A DNA stretch of 64,000 bases, from positions 4,770 through 68,769 of IMG/VR virus record IMGVR_UViG_3300026157_000001. The stretch is one strand, 5' to 3'. Origin of the DNA: a virus. Below, piece after piece: positions 40,605 to 51,835 of the stretch (the stretch's first letter is position 1; each line of letters starts with the position of its first letter). Position numbers and translations under genes: made by a program. Under the pieces are notes generated by a model. The model searched no databases, had not been told where the DNA came from, and worked only from the letters and a program-made list of their open reading frames with translations.

Positions 40605-41541
40605 ATGAAAATTCGACATTTCGGGTTATGCTTGTATTAATGATGAGCTAAACACGAGCGATCCTCGTGTATCCAGCTCCCGTACAATACGTAAAGTTAC
40701 CTATGAGAAGGAAGGCCTGGCAAGGGCTGGTGAACTTGCACTACAAAATGCAAGAGATCTTCTAACAATCTTAAAATGGAATCAGAACAACAATATAAAG
40801 TTCTTTCGTATATCAAGCGATATCTTGCCTTGGAAGAGCAGATGGCACTTTAGAGATATAGAGCCTAAACTACGTCAGGAACTGTTTGATGCTTTAGAAG
40901 CAGTCGGTGACTTCGCTAAACTATTTAATCATCGGTTAACGACACATCCTGGCCCCTTTAATAAACTATGCTCTAATAAAGAGCGTGTTGTTGGTAACAC
41001 TATCCGTGAACTCGAGGATCACAATGAGATCTTCGACCTTATGGGCTTTGAGCCCTCCTATAGAAACAAAATTAACATCCATCTGGGTGCAGCGTATGGC
41101 GACAAAGTTAAGACAGCCCAACGCTGGTGTGATAACTTTAAACGACTATCACCTAATCTCAGAAAACGCCTGACAATTGAAAATGACGATCGTGGTTCCC
41201 TATATGACACGAAAGATCTTTATGACATGGTCTATAAAAAGACAGGCGTCCCTATTGTATTTGACTTTCATCATCACCGGCTCCATAACATACATCCCGG
41301 TATGAATGAACAAGAATGTGCAGAATTAGCAGTATCAACATGGCCAAGCGATATTGTACCTGTTATGCATTGGAGTGAATCACGACGCGAAGAGCAGAAT
41401 GATACCTCTATAAATACCAGTGCACATAGTGACTACTGTCACGGCCCTCTTCCAGACTTCAGCCTATCGAGACCGGTAGATTTAATGATAGAAGCGAAAA
41501 AGAAAGAACAAGCACTATTTACCTTACAGACAAATGAGTAA
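40605..41541 (+). CDS. uvsE: UV damage endonuclease UvsE (apparent +1 frameshift near the start)
   Basis: GYACIN..FFRISSD..THPG..INIHLG..LTIENDD..VFDFHHH..HWS..AHSD..MIEAK.KE. Confidence 0.88.
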
Positions 41542-42004
41542 AAAGAAGACAAAAGACACATCACAAGTAAATTCACTCATGAACGTTAATCAGTTCTATG
41601 GATGTGAATTTGACTTTAAACAACCAACCGAACTTAAAGTACGTGGATATTTCAAAGGCTTCATTAAAGTAGAAGACTATGAGTACCATATTGCTGAGCT
41701 GCTCTTGGTAGCCACTGATAAAGGCCCTTTAGAGCAATACTTCAGTGATATTGAAGAGAACGGCAAAGCATCATTCTATTTCCCTTTTAGCAAGAAATCT
41801 GCTAACAACGACGATCTTGTTGCCATATTCAACAAAGGGATCAATGATTGGGAAAAGATGAAGGAAGTTATCGATGAATTTCGTATATTACCTTTTGACA
41901 CAGAACGAGAACTCTTAGATTGGTTATTTGGATTCGATACAGCCCAAGCATCGACCGAGCTTGAACTTAATAGAGAAACACCGGAAACAGATACTGCTCA
42001 GTAA
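41534..42004 (+). CDS. Hypothetical protein
   Basis: ORF in operon. Confidence 0.7.
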   Translation: MSKKKTKDTSQVNSLMNVNQFYGCEFDFKQPTELKVRGYFKGFIKVEDYEYHIAELLLVATDKGPLEQYFSDIEENGKASFYFPFSKKSANNDDLVAIFNKGINDWEKMKEVIDEFRILPFDTERELLDWLFGFDTAQASTELELNRETPETDTAQ

Positions 42005-42332
42005 TGGTATCTTGTTGGTGCTTTCCTTTTATAAAGGCGATGACATAGTTATCAGATGTTACTATAGTGCCCCTGCAGAGCCCTGTGGCTCTCAGGGAAC
42101 TTATAGCTATCACTTCAAGTGCATTTCATCCGACTATGATCATTTCCATTATATGGGTAGCTTTGATGACTGGCCGGCAGAAACTGCCAGGCTGACTGAG
42201 AAAGTGTATAGGCTTATTGAGGCCAAGCACAGTAAGACCATAAAACCAATATCTTCCGACTTTTTTTACCTTAAGAGTCCCGGAGAAGCAAAAGAGTTAA
42301 TAAACTTATGGAAAACGAAGAGCAACAAGTAA
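41928..42332 (+). CDS. Hypothetical protein (start uncertain)
   Basis: ORF in operon. Confidence 0.55.
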   Translation: MDSIQPKHRPSLNLIEKHRKQILLSNGILLVLSFYKGDDIVIRCYYSAPAEPCGSQGTYSYHFKCISSDYDHFHYMGSFDDWPAETARLTEKVYRLIEAKHSKTIKPISSDFFYLKSPGEAKELINLWKTKSNK

Positions 42333-42607
42333 CATATAAGCGGCCATTTCTTCATGGCCTGTTTTGGATCCTGGTAGTGGGAGGCAACCCCTATATATCT
42401 ATTGGTGAGGATGAAACAAAGTTGAGGTTCATGCTATGGGGTAAAAACCATGTAGAGTTTGAAGTATCAACAAGAGGAGTAAAAAGTATAAGCGATCTGG
42501 TCCTTAAAATAGAGCGAGGTGAAAGAAATGGAGACATTGACATTCACTGCTTTCCCACCACACAAGACCAGATGGAGTATATAAGAGAAAACTTCGGAGA
42601 TATATAA
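42308..42607 (+). CDS. Hypothetical protein
   Basis: ORF in operon. Confidence 0.65.
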   Translation: MENEEQQVTYKRPFLHGLFWILVVGGNPYISIGEDETKLRFMLWGKNHVEFEVSTRGVKSISDLVLKIERGERNGDIDIHCFPTTQDQMEYIRENFGDI

Positions 42608-42609
42608 CC

Positions 42610-42957
42610 ATGAAGTTCATATCAAAGAAGATGGTAAAGCCTGAGTGCTTTGAGGATTTAAAGACTCCGGGTGTTATATGGCAGATCATGAAGCGGGACC
42701 AGCTTTACCTGCCTCCTGAAAAGAGGGCTTTTTGGGTAAGCATGATACCACCAGTAGATAAAACCCTTGCACAGATACCTATAGCAGCATTTCATAGAGT
42801 AACAGGCTATATAGGCTCAACTGTTGTGGAAGAGAACAAAATGCTTATATTTGAGGACAAGCATAAAAAAGACCTGTCATTACTTCCGTTCAGAATCTGG
42901 GGCTATCTAGATGCTGAGACATTTTACACTGAAATCATAGGTGATCTTGCCAGGTAA
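42610..42957 (+). CDS. Hypothetical protein
   Basis: ORF in operon. Confidence 0.65.
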   Translation: MKFISKKMVKPECFEDLKTPGVIWQIMKRDQLYLPPEKRAFWVSMIPPVDKTLAQIPIAAFHRVTGYIGSTVVEENKMLIFEDKHKKDLSLLPFRIWGYLDAETFYTEIIGDLAR

Positions 42958-43027
42958 CCTGACAAATTGCCCTTGACTATCCGGATAGATCCGAATATCT
43001 TATGGTGTAACTAATATTAACCGGTAA

Positions 43028-45511
43028 ATGGAGAAGAATAATATGGAAAAATGCATTTCCTATATCCAAGCGCCGATCACCAACAAGAAACCCTCAGCAG
43101 AAGTCTCGCTAGAGACAATACATACTGCTCTTACAACTAACGATAGTTATAAGAAGGCAACTGAGGAATACAGAGACATTTTAAAAGATCCTGAAAGCGG
43201 TGAACGCGCTGTACGTGTTGCAAAAGTCAATAACTTTGACTATGTAACCATGAGCGGTACATTTACATATGTATCCAACAAGAATCTTAAAGAGCACAGC
43301 GGCTTTATATGTATTGACATAGACAAGCTGGAAGATGAGGAAACTGTGCATGAATTAAAAGAAAGGCTGAAAAATGACAAAGATGTCGATACAGCCCTTA
43401 TATTCATAAGCCCAAGCGGTAATGGCATAAAATGGACCGTACCAATAGACATAAACCACGACCAACCTGAGAAGTCTCACCTGAAATATTTCCGTGCTTT
43501 GCAGAACTATGTAAAGAATAGCTATGGCATTGAAATAGATGAAAGCTGTAAAGATGTAGCCAGAGCATGCTTTTTATGCTATGATGGAAACAGCTATATG
43601 AATAAAGATGCCCTCCCAATAGGCGAAGCCTTTATAGAAACCTGGGGTGAGCCCGAGGTTGTGTTTAACTCAGCTACCAATAGAGTACAAACTACCAATG
43701 AAACACCATGGGAAGAGTATAATGAAAGCGGAGATGTAGAAGAGCTGCTTAAAAACTATGGCTATACATTTGTGAAAAGTGAAGGAATGGGTAATAAATA
43801 TCTAAGGCCCGGAAGCCCAACAAGTGAATACTCATTAATCGTATTCCGTGATACGGGCATGGTGCATGTTCATAGCGACTCATGCCATAAGCTGGAAGTT
43901 GGTACACATACACCAGCTCGTATATTTTGTGACCTGGAAGCAGGTGGCGATTGGAAGCATGCAGCTAAGCTTTTAAAGCAGAAAGGCTATGAAGGCACGG
44001 TTGATGAAAAGACGCTAAATATAATCTCCGGGTCATCCTTACCTTCCGAAGTCCCACAGTTTTGGGAAATCGCCCAGGTCAAGAAAAACGGGGAGAAAGG
44101 GTATCAATGCAAAATAAAAGATTACCAGTTCCATAAGTTCTGCTTTGACGCATTAAGTATCGGACTGGTAGAAGTACCTCATAACGATAAAGGGCACCAG
44201 CTTGTACAGTCTCATGATAAGATTATAGAGAAGATTAGAATAGAGAAGGTGTTTAGGATCGTAGTGAAATATCTTGAAGAGCATATAAAGCCTTATAATC
44301 AGGAAATGTTCGAAGTTGTTTATAACGCCTTTTACCAATACTGGCATAATCAAAACCTTAAAAAGGTTGAGAGTGCAATGACAGTGATCACTCCAAAGCT
44401 TCTAGAAGAAGTGCCGGACAAAGCGTATGTATATTACCAAAATGGATTTTTAGAGATAACATCCAACGGCTATGAGTTTAAAAGCTATAAAGGCTTAGAG
44501 ACCTATGTATGGCATGATCAGATTATTGAAAGAGACTGGTTAGGTAGAACATCTTATATAGAGTCAAACTGGGCTAACTTTATTTGGAAGATCTCCGGGC
44601 AGGACAAAGATCGCTTTGATCATATACGCCACTCATACGGATACCTTATTCACGGCTTTAAAGACCGTGCAAATCCAAAAGCAGTCATCTTAGTTGATGA
44701 AGAGTTAAAAGAGGACCTGTCAAAAGCCTCCGGTGGTACAGGTAAATCTATTGCTGCATCAGCTATTGATGCTATGAAGCATACCTGCCTAATAGCAGGT
44801 AAAACATGGGACCCGTCTAAAACCTTTGCATTTTCGCAAGTAAAGCCGGGCCACCAAATCATGTGGATAGATGATGCCAAATCTAACCTGAAGTTTGACT
44901 TCCTTTATAACGCAGTGACTCAGGACTTCGAGATAGAGTATAAAAATAAGAACAGGTTCAGCATACCGTTCGAAGAATCTCCTAAAGTGCTAATCTCAAC
45001 AAACCACCCAATACGTGGTGACGACGCGTCCAGCGTCAGACGACAGCATGTCGTTGAGGTAGCTCCTTATTTCAGCAAAGACCATACAGCAAAAGATGAG
45101 TATGGTGAGCGCCTAGTAGAAGATACAGACTGGGATGAGAAGGATTGGCAGAAGTTTGATAACTTTATGATCGATTGTGTAGTTGACTATCTTAAGAACG
45201 GGCTGACCGAACTAGAGATAAACTATCGCTATAAGCGAACAATTGATCAGATCACTCCCGAGCTGTTTGAGTGGATTGAAGAGCATATGGAGCTTGGTAA
45301 GTTTTATCCAACCTCAGATATCCTGCACGGCAAAAAGCCAAAGGCTGATATCACAGGATTCCGGATGCTTTACCCTGATATAAAGAAAGTGTCCCGATAT
45401 ATAGGAGCGGACCTAGAAGTCTTTTGTAACTTTAAAGGATACTATCTAAAGAAAGAGAGAAGAGACAAGCGCGGATATATAATCTGTGAAGAGAAACCTT
45501 CTGATGAGTAG
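43028..45511 (+). CDS. Primase-helicase (VirE-N/BT4734-like primase plus SF3/D5-like helicase)
   Basis: SGTF..SGFICIDID..SPSGNGIK..CKDVARACF; GGTGKS, WIDD and ISTN. Promoter TTGACT-17-TATCTT at 42973-43001. Confidence 0.85.
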   Translation: MEKNNMEKCISYIQAPITNKKPSAEVSLETIHTALTTNDSYKKATEEYRDILKDPESGERAVRVAKVNNFDYVTMSGTFTYVSNKNLKEHSGFICIDIDKLEDEETVHELKERLKNDKDVDTALIFISPSGNGIKWTVPIDINHDQPEKSHLKYFRALQNYVKNSYGIEIDESCKDVARACFLCYDGNSYMNKDALPIGEAFIETWGEPEVVFNSATNRVQTTNETPWEEYNESGDVEELLKNYGYTFVKSEGMGNKYLRPGSPTSEYSLIVFRDTGMVHVHSDSCHKLEVGTHTPARIFCDLEAGGDWKHAAKLLKQKGYEGTVDEKTLNIISGSSLPSEVPQFWEIAQVKKNGEKGYQCKIKDYQFHKFCFDALSIGLVEVPHNDKGHQLVQSHDKIIEKIRIEKVFRIVVKYLEEHIKPYNQEMFEVVYNAFYQYWHNQNLKKVESAMTVITPKLLEEVPDKAYVYYQNGFLEITSNGYEFKSYKGLETYVWHDQIIERDWLGRTSYIESNWANFIWKISGQDKDRFDHIRHSYGYLIHGFKDRANPKAVILVDEELKEDLSKASGGTGKSIAASAIDAMKHTCLIAGKTWDPSKTFAFSQVKPGHQIMWIDDAKSNLKFDFLYNAVTQDFEIEYKNKNRFSIPFEESPKVLISTNHPIRGDDASSVRRQHVVEVAPYFSKDHTAKDEYGERLVEDTDWDEKDWQKFDNFMIDCVVDYLKNGLTELEINYRYKRTIDQITPELFEWIEEHMELGKFYPTSDILHGKKPKADITGFRMLYPDIKKVSRYIGADLEVFCNFKGYYLKKERRDKRGYIICEEKPSDE

Positions 45512-45913
45512 AAACCTTGCCCGGAACAGATTTTAAGTCTGCCATTTATTAAAAACCCCCAAAATCGGCCTCACAGCATATCTAGAGGCCGATTATAAAC
45601 ATTTTCCCAGCTAAACCTCAAAAAAAGCACTCATACTACAGTGTAGTAGTAGAATAATCGTTTGTGTTTAAACATAAATAGTATATAGGTTTATAAGTTG
45701 TAATATAGGTTTTTAACTGGTTAAGTGGTTTTAATAGTAGTAAGTATATAGTAGAGAGTAAGTTAGAGTTTCCAGATAAAGTTTTTTTATATGACAAGTA
45801 TCCGGGTAAATAGCCCTTTTTAGACTTTATTACCTTATTTTATTCTTTTTTATCCTTAAACTTCAGTACTACCTTTAACATTCAATTTTAACAAATGTAA
45901 AACTATGTAAATA

Positions 45914-47295
45914 ATGAAAGACCATAATATTATCTTTTTTCAAATAAAAGCTATGTTAGAACTAACACTTGAGTTTAGTTTGAGAGAAATTCCTAACCCA
46001 CTTTCTAATAAAGTGCCTACTCAAATCTATGCAAGTAAGGGACGAGCAAGTTTTGCTAGAATAGAAGTATTAGACCCAAACCGCGTCCGTTATGGGTTCA
46101 ACAACAGAGTAAATAAAAGGCTTCTTGAAGAATATAAAGAGTATCTAAAAGAAATGGGATTTGAAAAATGATAACAGCGTATATACAAGCACTTGAGAAT
46201 TTAGTAGAACGTCGCCTCTCTGAAAATTTAAGGAAATCCCCGGAGTCATCTGTCAGGTCACCTTCGCTTTCCAGGCGAGTAGCTGTAAACCCTTTAATAA
46301 TATCTCAAGGTCCGGCAATTACTGAGTCTCACCGCAAATTTTTACAAGACCATGAAAAACTTTTAAGACAAATAGGAATATTACCATGAAAAGCCCCGTA
46401 GATTTACATGTAGCCTTTATATTTTTAGAAACTTATCTAGAGTATGCTTTAGCTGATGAGCTTGATCTGTTTTTTGAAAACCTGCAAGTGACAGACCTTG
46501 AAAGTTCTACAAGACAGCATAGAAAGGTATTTTCAGAGGTTATCATTCATATATCTGCTCCCCGTGCCATAGGGGACAATGAGCACTTTTATGAGATACC
46601 TAACTTTTTTACGTTTATAGCAGCTTTAAAGTCGGATCACAGAAATTACACAATCGCTAGCTTTTACAATAGAGATGGAACTGATTAAAATATTAATATG
46701 CCTGGAGATTTATACAGAGGACAGAGCTATAGACTTTAATACAGACTGCTGCTGGTCACGTCATTTCTATAAAAACCTAGACCCTCTGGACCCTAAAATC
46801 CACGCAGACCATGATTTTTATGGCTATATGAGAGGAGCAGCCTTAAAAGATATAAGGGGACCTATCAAGTCCTATGAACGCTACCTTGTTTTATCAGGAC
46901 TTATTATCGAAAAGCTACCTATAAAAGACTACCTAATAAAACTAGAATGCCTTATGGAAGATACGTTCGATGAAAGACGAAAAGTAGCAACTTTAAACTA
47001 TAACAGAGTTAACTATGATCTGTATGATAAATATGAAGATACCTATATAAGGAACTATGTCTACGGAGGATAATCGACATTATAATACCTCTGAAATAAG
47101 ATGGGCAATGGACGGACCCCCTCACCGATGAGTAAAATAGAACTTAAACCTAAAATTATAATCTTTGAAATTTTTATAGACGAAGTCCTCTCAAATAATT
47201 ATTATCTAGACTATACATTGCTGGATCACTATTTCGAGAACGGCTTCTTACCTATGCCAAGAGTCAGGGCATTAGGCCTTGCTTTTAAACCTTAA
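45914..47295 (+). CDS. Cluster of five small hypothetical genes (45914-46171, 46168-46389, 46386-46688, 46675-47073, 47101-47295)
   Basis: Overlapping small ORFs sharing a hydrophobic-LExxxE pattern. Confidence 0.55.
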
Positions 47296-47315
47296 ATAAA
47301 ATATATTTAATAGAT

Positions 47316-47678
47316 ATGAGACAGTTATCCCAATCACACCCACGACCCGACGATGCACTATATACAATCTTCTTGTCAGACAAATATGACATGAATGATG
47401 TAGCATTCTACCATCTGACGGCTAAACATCCACAAGATCCAGACGGGATCGATGTCATCTTTCTGTTTAACAGAGATAAAAAGATGGTCGGTCTTCAGAG
47501 TGAGAAAAGCCCTTATATCGAGGAGCCGCCAAAACTGCAGCTTGTTGATATTGCCGGTAGTCCAAGCACATATAATTTGAGCTTGCCTAAGAGTTTTCCA
47601 GACTTTCCAGAGTACAGTAGCCTGGTCAAAGCTCTCCATCTAAATAACTTAGATGGCGACGACGACTCAGATGGGTAA
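47316..47678 (+). CDS. Hypothetical protein
   Basis: ORF. Confidence 0.6.
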   Translation: MRQLSQSHPRPDDALYTIFLSDKYDMNDVAFYHLTAKHPQDPDGIDVIFLFNRDKKMVGLQSEKSPYIEEPPKLQLVDIAGSPSTYNLSLPKSFPDFPEYSSLVKALHLNNLDGDDDSDG

Positions 47679-47901
47679 CGGTAAAAAGCTCCCCCTATCA
47701 AAAACACTGCATTCTTTATTCTACAGGGTAGAGTATAAATTGATCCCTTATACAAAAAGAGTCAACACGGCGGACCCGGAAGACATAGACATAGACCTTA
47801 AACATGACCACACTAAACCATGGGCCGCCCTATGTGTAATAAGCGAAGGCCCCACCCTCGACCGTGACCACATACCAAAGGAGCTAAGATCATGGAACTA
47901 A
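47653..47901 (+). CDS. Hypothetical protein
   Basis: ORF, followed by a 56 aa ORF at 47892-48062. Confidence 0.55.
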   Translation: MATTTQMGNGKKLPLSKTLHSLFYRVEYKLIPYTKRVNTADPEDIDIDLKHDHTKPWAALCVISEGPTLDRDHIPKELRSWN

Positions 47902-48054
47902 GTGCTCTAGAGTATGACGTAACACTCCTTAACCCGATGGAACACCCTACCACAGAACGCATAGATCATAGATATTCGTCATGGGCGGAATATATGGTAA
48001 ATTGGAGCCGCAAAGTTACACCTACTTACAAGGCTAAAATAAGGAGGGCATTCT

Positions 48055-48696
48055 GTGTATAAACAAGCTGTTTTGCTGTCATCAAAGGGAAATCTTTATT
48101 ATAGTACAAACTTTTATCATATGGCATTAAAGCCTAAGTTTAAGTTTAACCTTTCTATCTTCAGACAGTTTAGCCCTCCGGGCTTTAGTGTGGGCTCCCC
48201 TTTTATCTTTAATGATGACGGTACTTTACCTGACAGAGTGTCAGCAGACCTTAAAGAAGAAGGCAATGAAATCCTATACTTTACCGACCGTAGAGACTAT
48301 AAAAACTTTTTAGCCAGAAACAGACTAACTCCACACCCTGCATTCTTAGACCGGAACTATCCAGGACGTATAGACCCTTATCTAGCCTGAATAGCCAGAC
48401 CATATACAATGGTTGAGGATGCTAATAAAACTCGGTGATATCTCGACTATCGAAAGATTCCTATCGTCTCGCACACCGACTTACAGAAAACATGGTTGAC
48501 ACACTTCTTTGATTCGCACATAGAGGCCCGCTTCTTAAGCCCTAACGGTGCCGACACAGATTATCAACCCTTACCATTCTTATATACACTTACGATCTCT
48601 AAGGCGTTTTTTATAGCCTTTTCTGGAAAAGTACCGATAAAGGCAGCATGGTCTTTTATGGACCAGAGCGAATTACTTGAGAATCTTTTGGTATAA
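48055..48696 (+). CDS. Hypothetical protein, 213 aa, two TGAs read as Trp
   Basis: ORFs 48055-48390 and 48496-48696 share a frame; only TGA 48388 and 48436 intervene. Confidence 0.7.
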
Positions 48697-48739
48697 GAAC
48701 TATACATACATAACCTAAACCTTAAATATAAGGATAAAC

Positions 48740-49315
48740 GTGATAGAAACATCTGAGCAGCATATCATCAGTGAACAGTGTCATCGAGAAACTAAAGAAG
48801 AGTTTATCGGCTCTCCTTTATGGAAAGAAGATGGCCCTGACGCAATAGGTTCAGTTATGACAATGAAGCGACAGCTTTACTCTAATAAGACAACTTATGG
48901 CCGGGGTAAGCTTATATCGCAATCATTAAACTCAACACACCAGGAACTTGATTATTTTACCTTAAAAATACCTCAAGATTTCCCTCTACAAAACCTTGAC
49001 CATATAGTCAAAGCTGTAGAGCAACTTCCGAGCATTACATTAGGTGTAGCAATTACTAACCCAAAGGATAGCCGAATAAGGGTGATTACCCACGACTATT
49101 CAGAAGAAGGCTATATGCACCTTATCTACTCAGCGTTGTTTGCGTGGTTAGAATTTAACAACCAAACAATCGAAGAGCTCTGTGAGAACAATGGATTAGA
49201 CGAGCATATATTAGAGCTTGAGGACTTCTTAGAAGATCCTTTTGATTCAGATTCCTGGATAAGTTTTAATTTAGGTTTCGATTTAGAAACTATCTTCTCA
49301 CCATCAGAAAACTAA
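48740..49315 (+). CDS. Hypothetical protein
   Basis: ORF after the GGTATAAG motif at 48690. Confidence 0.7.
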   Translation: MIETSEQHIISEQCHRETKEEFIGSPLWKEDGPDAIGSVMTMKRQLYSNKTTYGRGKLISQSLNSTHQELDYFTLKIPQDFPLQNLDHIVKAVEQLPSITLGVAITNPKDSRIRVITHDYSEEGYMHLIYSALFAWLEFNNQTIEELCENNGLDEHILELEDFLEDPFDSDSWISFNLGFDLETIFSPSEN

Positions 49316-49337
49316 GACAATTAACTAAAAGACAATA

Positions 49338-50861
49338 ATGAAAAAAGACAACGACAACACCATATTCTCAACGGTCTCAGCTAAAACAACTATTCCTTTT
49401 TATCAAGGGATATTGGCTGATGCTTCACAATATGGACCGAAAACACCAAATTATAAAATGGTCCTAAAATGGGTTAATTTCCGTGACCATGCGATAAAGA
49501 ACAGAAACCCTATACAAAAAGAGATAATGGATCTCTCACTGTTCTTGAAGATAATAAAACCCCAGTTTTACTATCTGTGCAAGTTTTTTAATTTTGCACC
49601 AAACAGCGTAGACGCGGCTAGAAATCTTCAACTTCGTTGGAGAAACGGTGGCGATAAAGAAATGCCGATAACCTTAAACACTATCGGTTGGTTTGGCCCC
49701 CTGACAAACCTGGTTAATAAGTTTGACCAGACAACAGTCACGGATCAGTTCATCACTCCAAATGCTCTTCATAGTCATATGTTTAATCTTAATCAGCCTG
49801 ACGGCGCTAAGCTTAAAAAGACTATGACAATAAACATGCCCTATGTCAATAAAAAGAAGATAGAGTGTGTTAGACTGGATGTGAAGAATCTGCACCCGAA
49901 CGAACGCAAGTTCTCGATTGATAAAGACCATACGACTGGAAAATACTTTTTCAGAGAGTGGGACCCTTATGCTGACTCTAAGCCAGAGAACTATTATGAC
50001 ATCATGTCAATGCGGGCATCAGCCCGGGGCATTGTGAATTATGACTTGATGGTAGACATCAATAAAAAGCTCCCTTTAAAAGAGCGTCAGTTTGATAACC
50101 TCTTAGACTTAACAGGGCAACGCCACCTTAAAGATCTTCAGGATTCCAGAGGTTATGACGAAGTGCAAGCTTTTGAAGAGCTGCTAAAAAACAATCCTAT
50201 GCTAGTCAGTTTTGCTGATGCATCCAGGAAAGACATCAAAGTAAGTGATCTTGCAGCGTCTGTAAGACGTAGAAGAGCTCAACAGGGCAAATATAAAATC
50301 TGCAACGAGCAAGGCTTTCCTACCACTGACAAGATGGTTAGCAGAGCTAGGGTCGGGCGATTCTTCTCCCGGTATACAGATAGTACAATATCTAGCAAGA
50401 TACATAAAGGAAAACCTTTCTTTCAAGCTGGCAAGGTGTACTATGTATCCAAAAACAATGGTGATACCTCTGAGTGGCCACAAAAGGTCAGAGACTATAA
50501 CTTTGACTTCGAAGAGTCACACAGATGCGCTGACAACGTAATGGAGTTACATTACGGTACGTCAATGAGTGATATGACTGCAGATATCTATAAATTAAGG
50601 ATCATGCGTTTTGGAATAAACGAGATCTCCAGTATACTGCAAATTGCGCCGTCGGAAGTAGAAAGCCATGTTGAACTGGGACATAACATCCTGGAACAAA
50701 ATCCTACTCCTCCTTCAAAGCAGAAAGCTAAAAGCGCTGATAAAGGGTCGGTTATCGACAGTAGCCTATTTAGTTTTGCAAAATTGCCTGAAATGCATGA
50801 CTATGCATCAGACATTTTTGAATCCTATAATAAGGCACCAATAGCGCCAGCTAAAGGCTAA
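49338..50861 (+). CDS. Hypothetical protein with possible C-terminal HTH
   Basis: 507 aa; GINEISSILQIAPSEVESHV resembles a sigma region-4 type HTH. Confidence 0.6.
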   Translation: MKKDNDNTIFSTVSAKTTIPFYQGILADASQYGPKTPNYKMVLKWVNFRDHAIKNRNPIQKEIMDLSLFLKIIKPQFYYLCKFFNFAPNSVDAARNLQLRWRNGGDKEMPITLNTIGWFGPLTNLVNKFDQTTVTDQFITPNALHSHMFNLNQPDGAKLKKTMTINMPYVNKKKIECVRLDVKNLHPNERKFSIDKDHTTGKYFFREWDPYADSKPENYYDIMSMRASARGIVNYDLMVDINKKLPLKERQFDNLLDLTGQRHLKDLQDSRGYDEVQAFEELLKNNPMLVSFADASRKDIKVSDLAASVRRRRAQQGKYKICNEQGFPTTDKMVSRARVGRFFSRYTDSTISSKIHKGKPFFQAGKVYYVSKNNGDTSEWPQKVRDYNFDFEESHRCADNVMELHYGTSMSDMTADIYKLRIMRFGINEISSILQIAPSEVESHVELGHNILEQNPTPPSKQKAKSADKGSVIDSSLFSFAKLPEMHDYASDIFESYNKAPIAPAKG

Positions 50862-50921
50862 AATTTGGTATAAGAGTGGTGTAAGAGCCACTCTTATTAA
50901 TATTAACCAAACCTAATCAGA

Positions 50922-51281
50922 ATGAAATATGCTTTACTAATTATACTAGTATGCTCGCTTTTTGCCTGTAAACAGAAAGAGACCCAACCTATGAGCAAAG
51001 AAGCTGAAATAGGTATGCACACCTTAAAAGAGTTAAACCTTGACTATGTTGCTATGGAATGTGTCCGGGATGTCGGCGCAGAACATTGTATTGGATACCT
51101 TGACGAAATAACACCCGTTAAAGCAACCGAAAGAGCAGTGGATAGGTTTTTAGCCGACCACGACCATTTTGAAAATATAGAAGGCCGGCTGTTTAATTAC
51201 AGATTGGCAGGACAAGACTATACAGTCAACTTCTTAATCACATCCAACGAAGTGAGAATCATAGTTAAAGAGGCAGTATAA
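50922..51281 (+). CDS. Lipoprotein
   Basis: MKYALLIILVCSLFAC; GGTATAAG at 50867 and a terminator near 51320-51345. Confidence 0.7.
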   Translation: MKYALLIILVCSLFACKQKETQPMSKEAEIGMHTLKELNLDYVAMECVRDVGAEHCIGYLDEITPVKATERAVDRFLADHDHFENIEGRLFNYRLAGQDYTVNFLITSNEVRIIVKEAV

Positions 51282-51370
51282 CCCAAATCTCTGATTAGGG
51301 TTATTAGCGACAAAATTGCAAGGCCCCTCCGGGGGCCTTTTTTATTTACTTTCAAAATCATAAAAAAACA

Positions 51371-51835
51371 ATGCTAAATAATCCTATAGATCCTTTATGC
51401 CCGGAACAATCTTTAATTGGTTTATTATCGAGTCTTGGAATTTTAGATGATACTTTGTATTTTAACCTAACCCGTAGCCTCGTAAGAACCGGCAAGATTC
51501 GATATACCGACCAACATATGATAGAAGCTGTTTTTCAATCTGTAGACGGCCAACATCAAATTACAGCTGTTAAAACCAGAAGGACAAAACTGGGCCAAGA
51601 TATTGGAATACTCGCATATTTCCACAGACTCTTCCCAGGCCCACCTGAACTATTAGCTCAAAGAGAATATAGAACAACATCAGATTTTAATAGAGATTTA
51701 AGATCTGCAGAAGGTAAAAGACTAAATTTACGACAACATAAGACAACATTAAACACCAACACAATAACTTTTCCACATAAACTCAGACGAGGTCTCGCGG
51801 CAATTACAACGACGGGACATTTTAACTATATATGA
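51371..51835 (+). CDS. Hypothetical protein
   Basis: ORF with an ATGA overlap. Confidence 0.65.
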   Translation: MLNNPIDPLCPEQSLIGLLSSLGILDDTLYFNLTRSLVRTGKIRYTDQHMIEAVFQSVDGQHQITAVKTRRTKLGQDIGILAYFHRLFPGPPELLAQREYRTTSDFNRDLRSAEGKRLNLRQHKTTLNTNTITFPHKLRRGLAAITTTGHFNYI

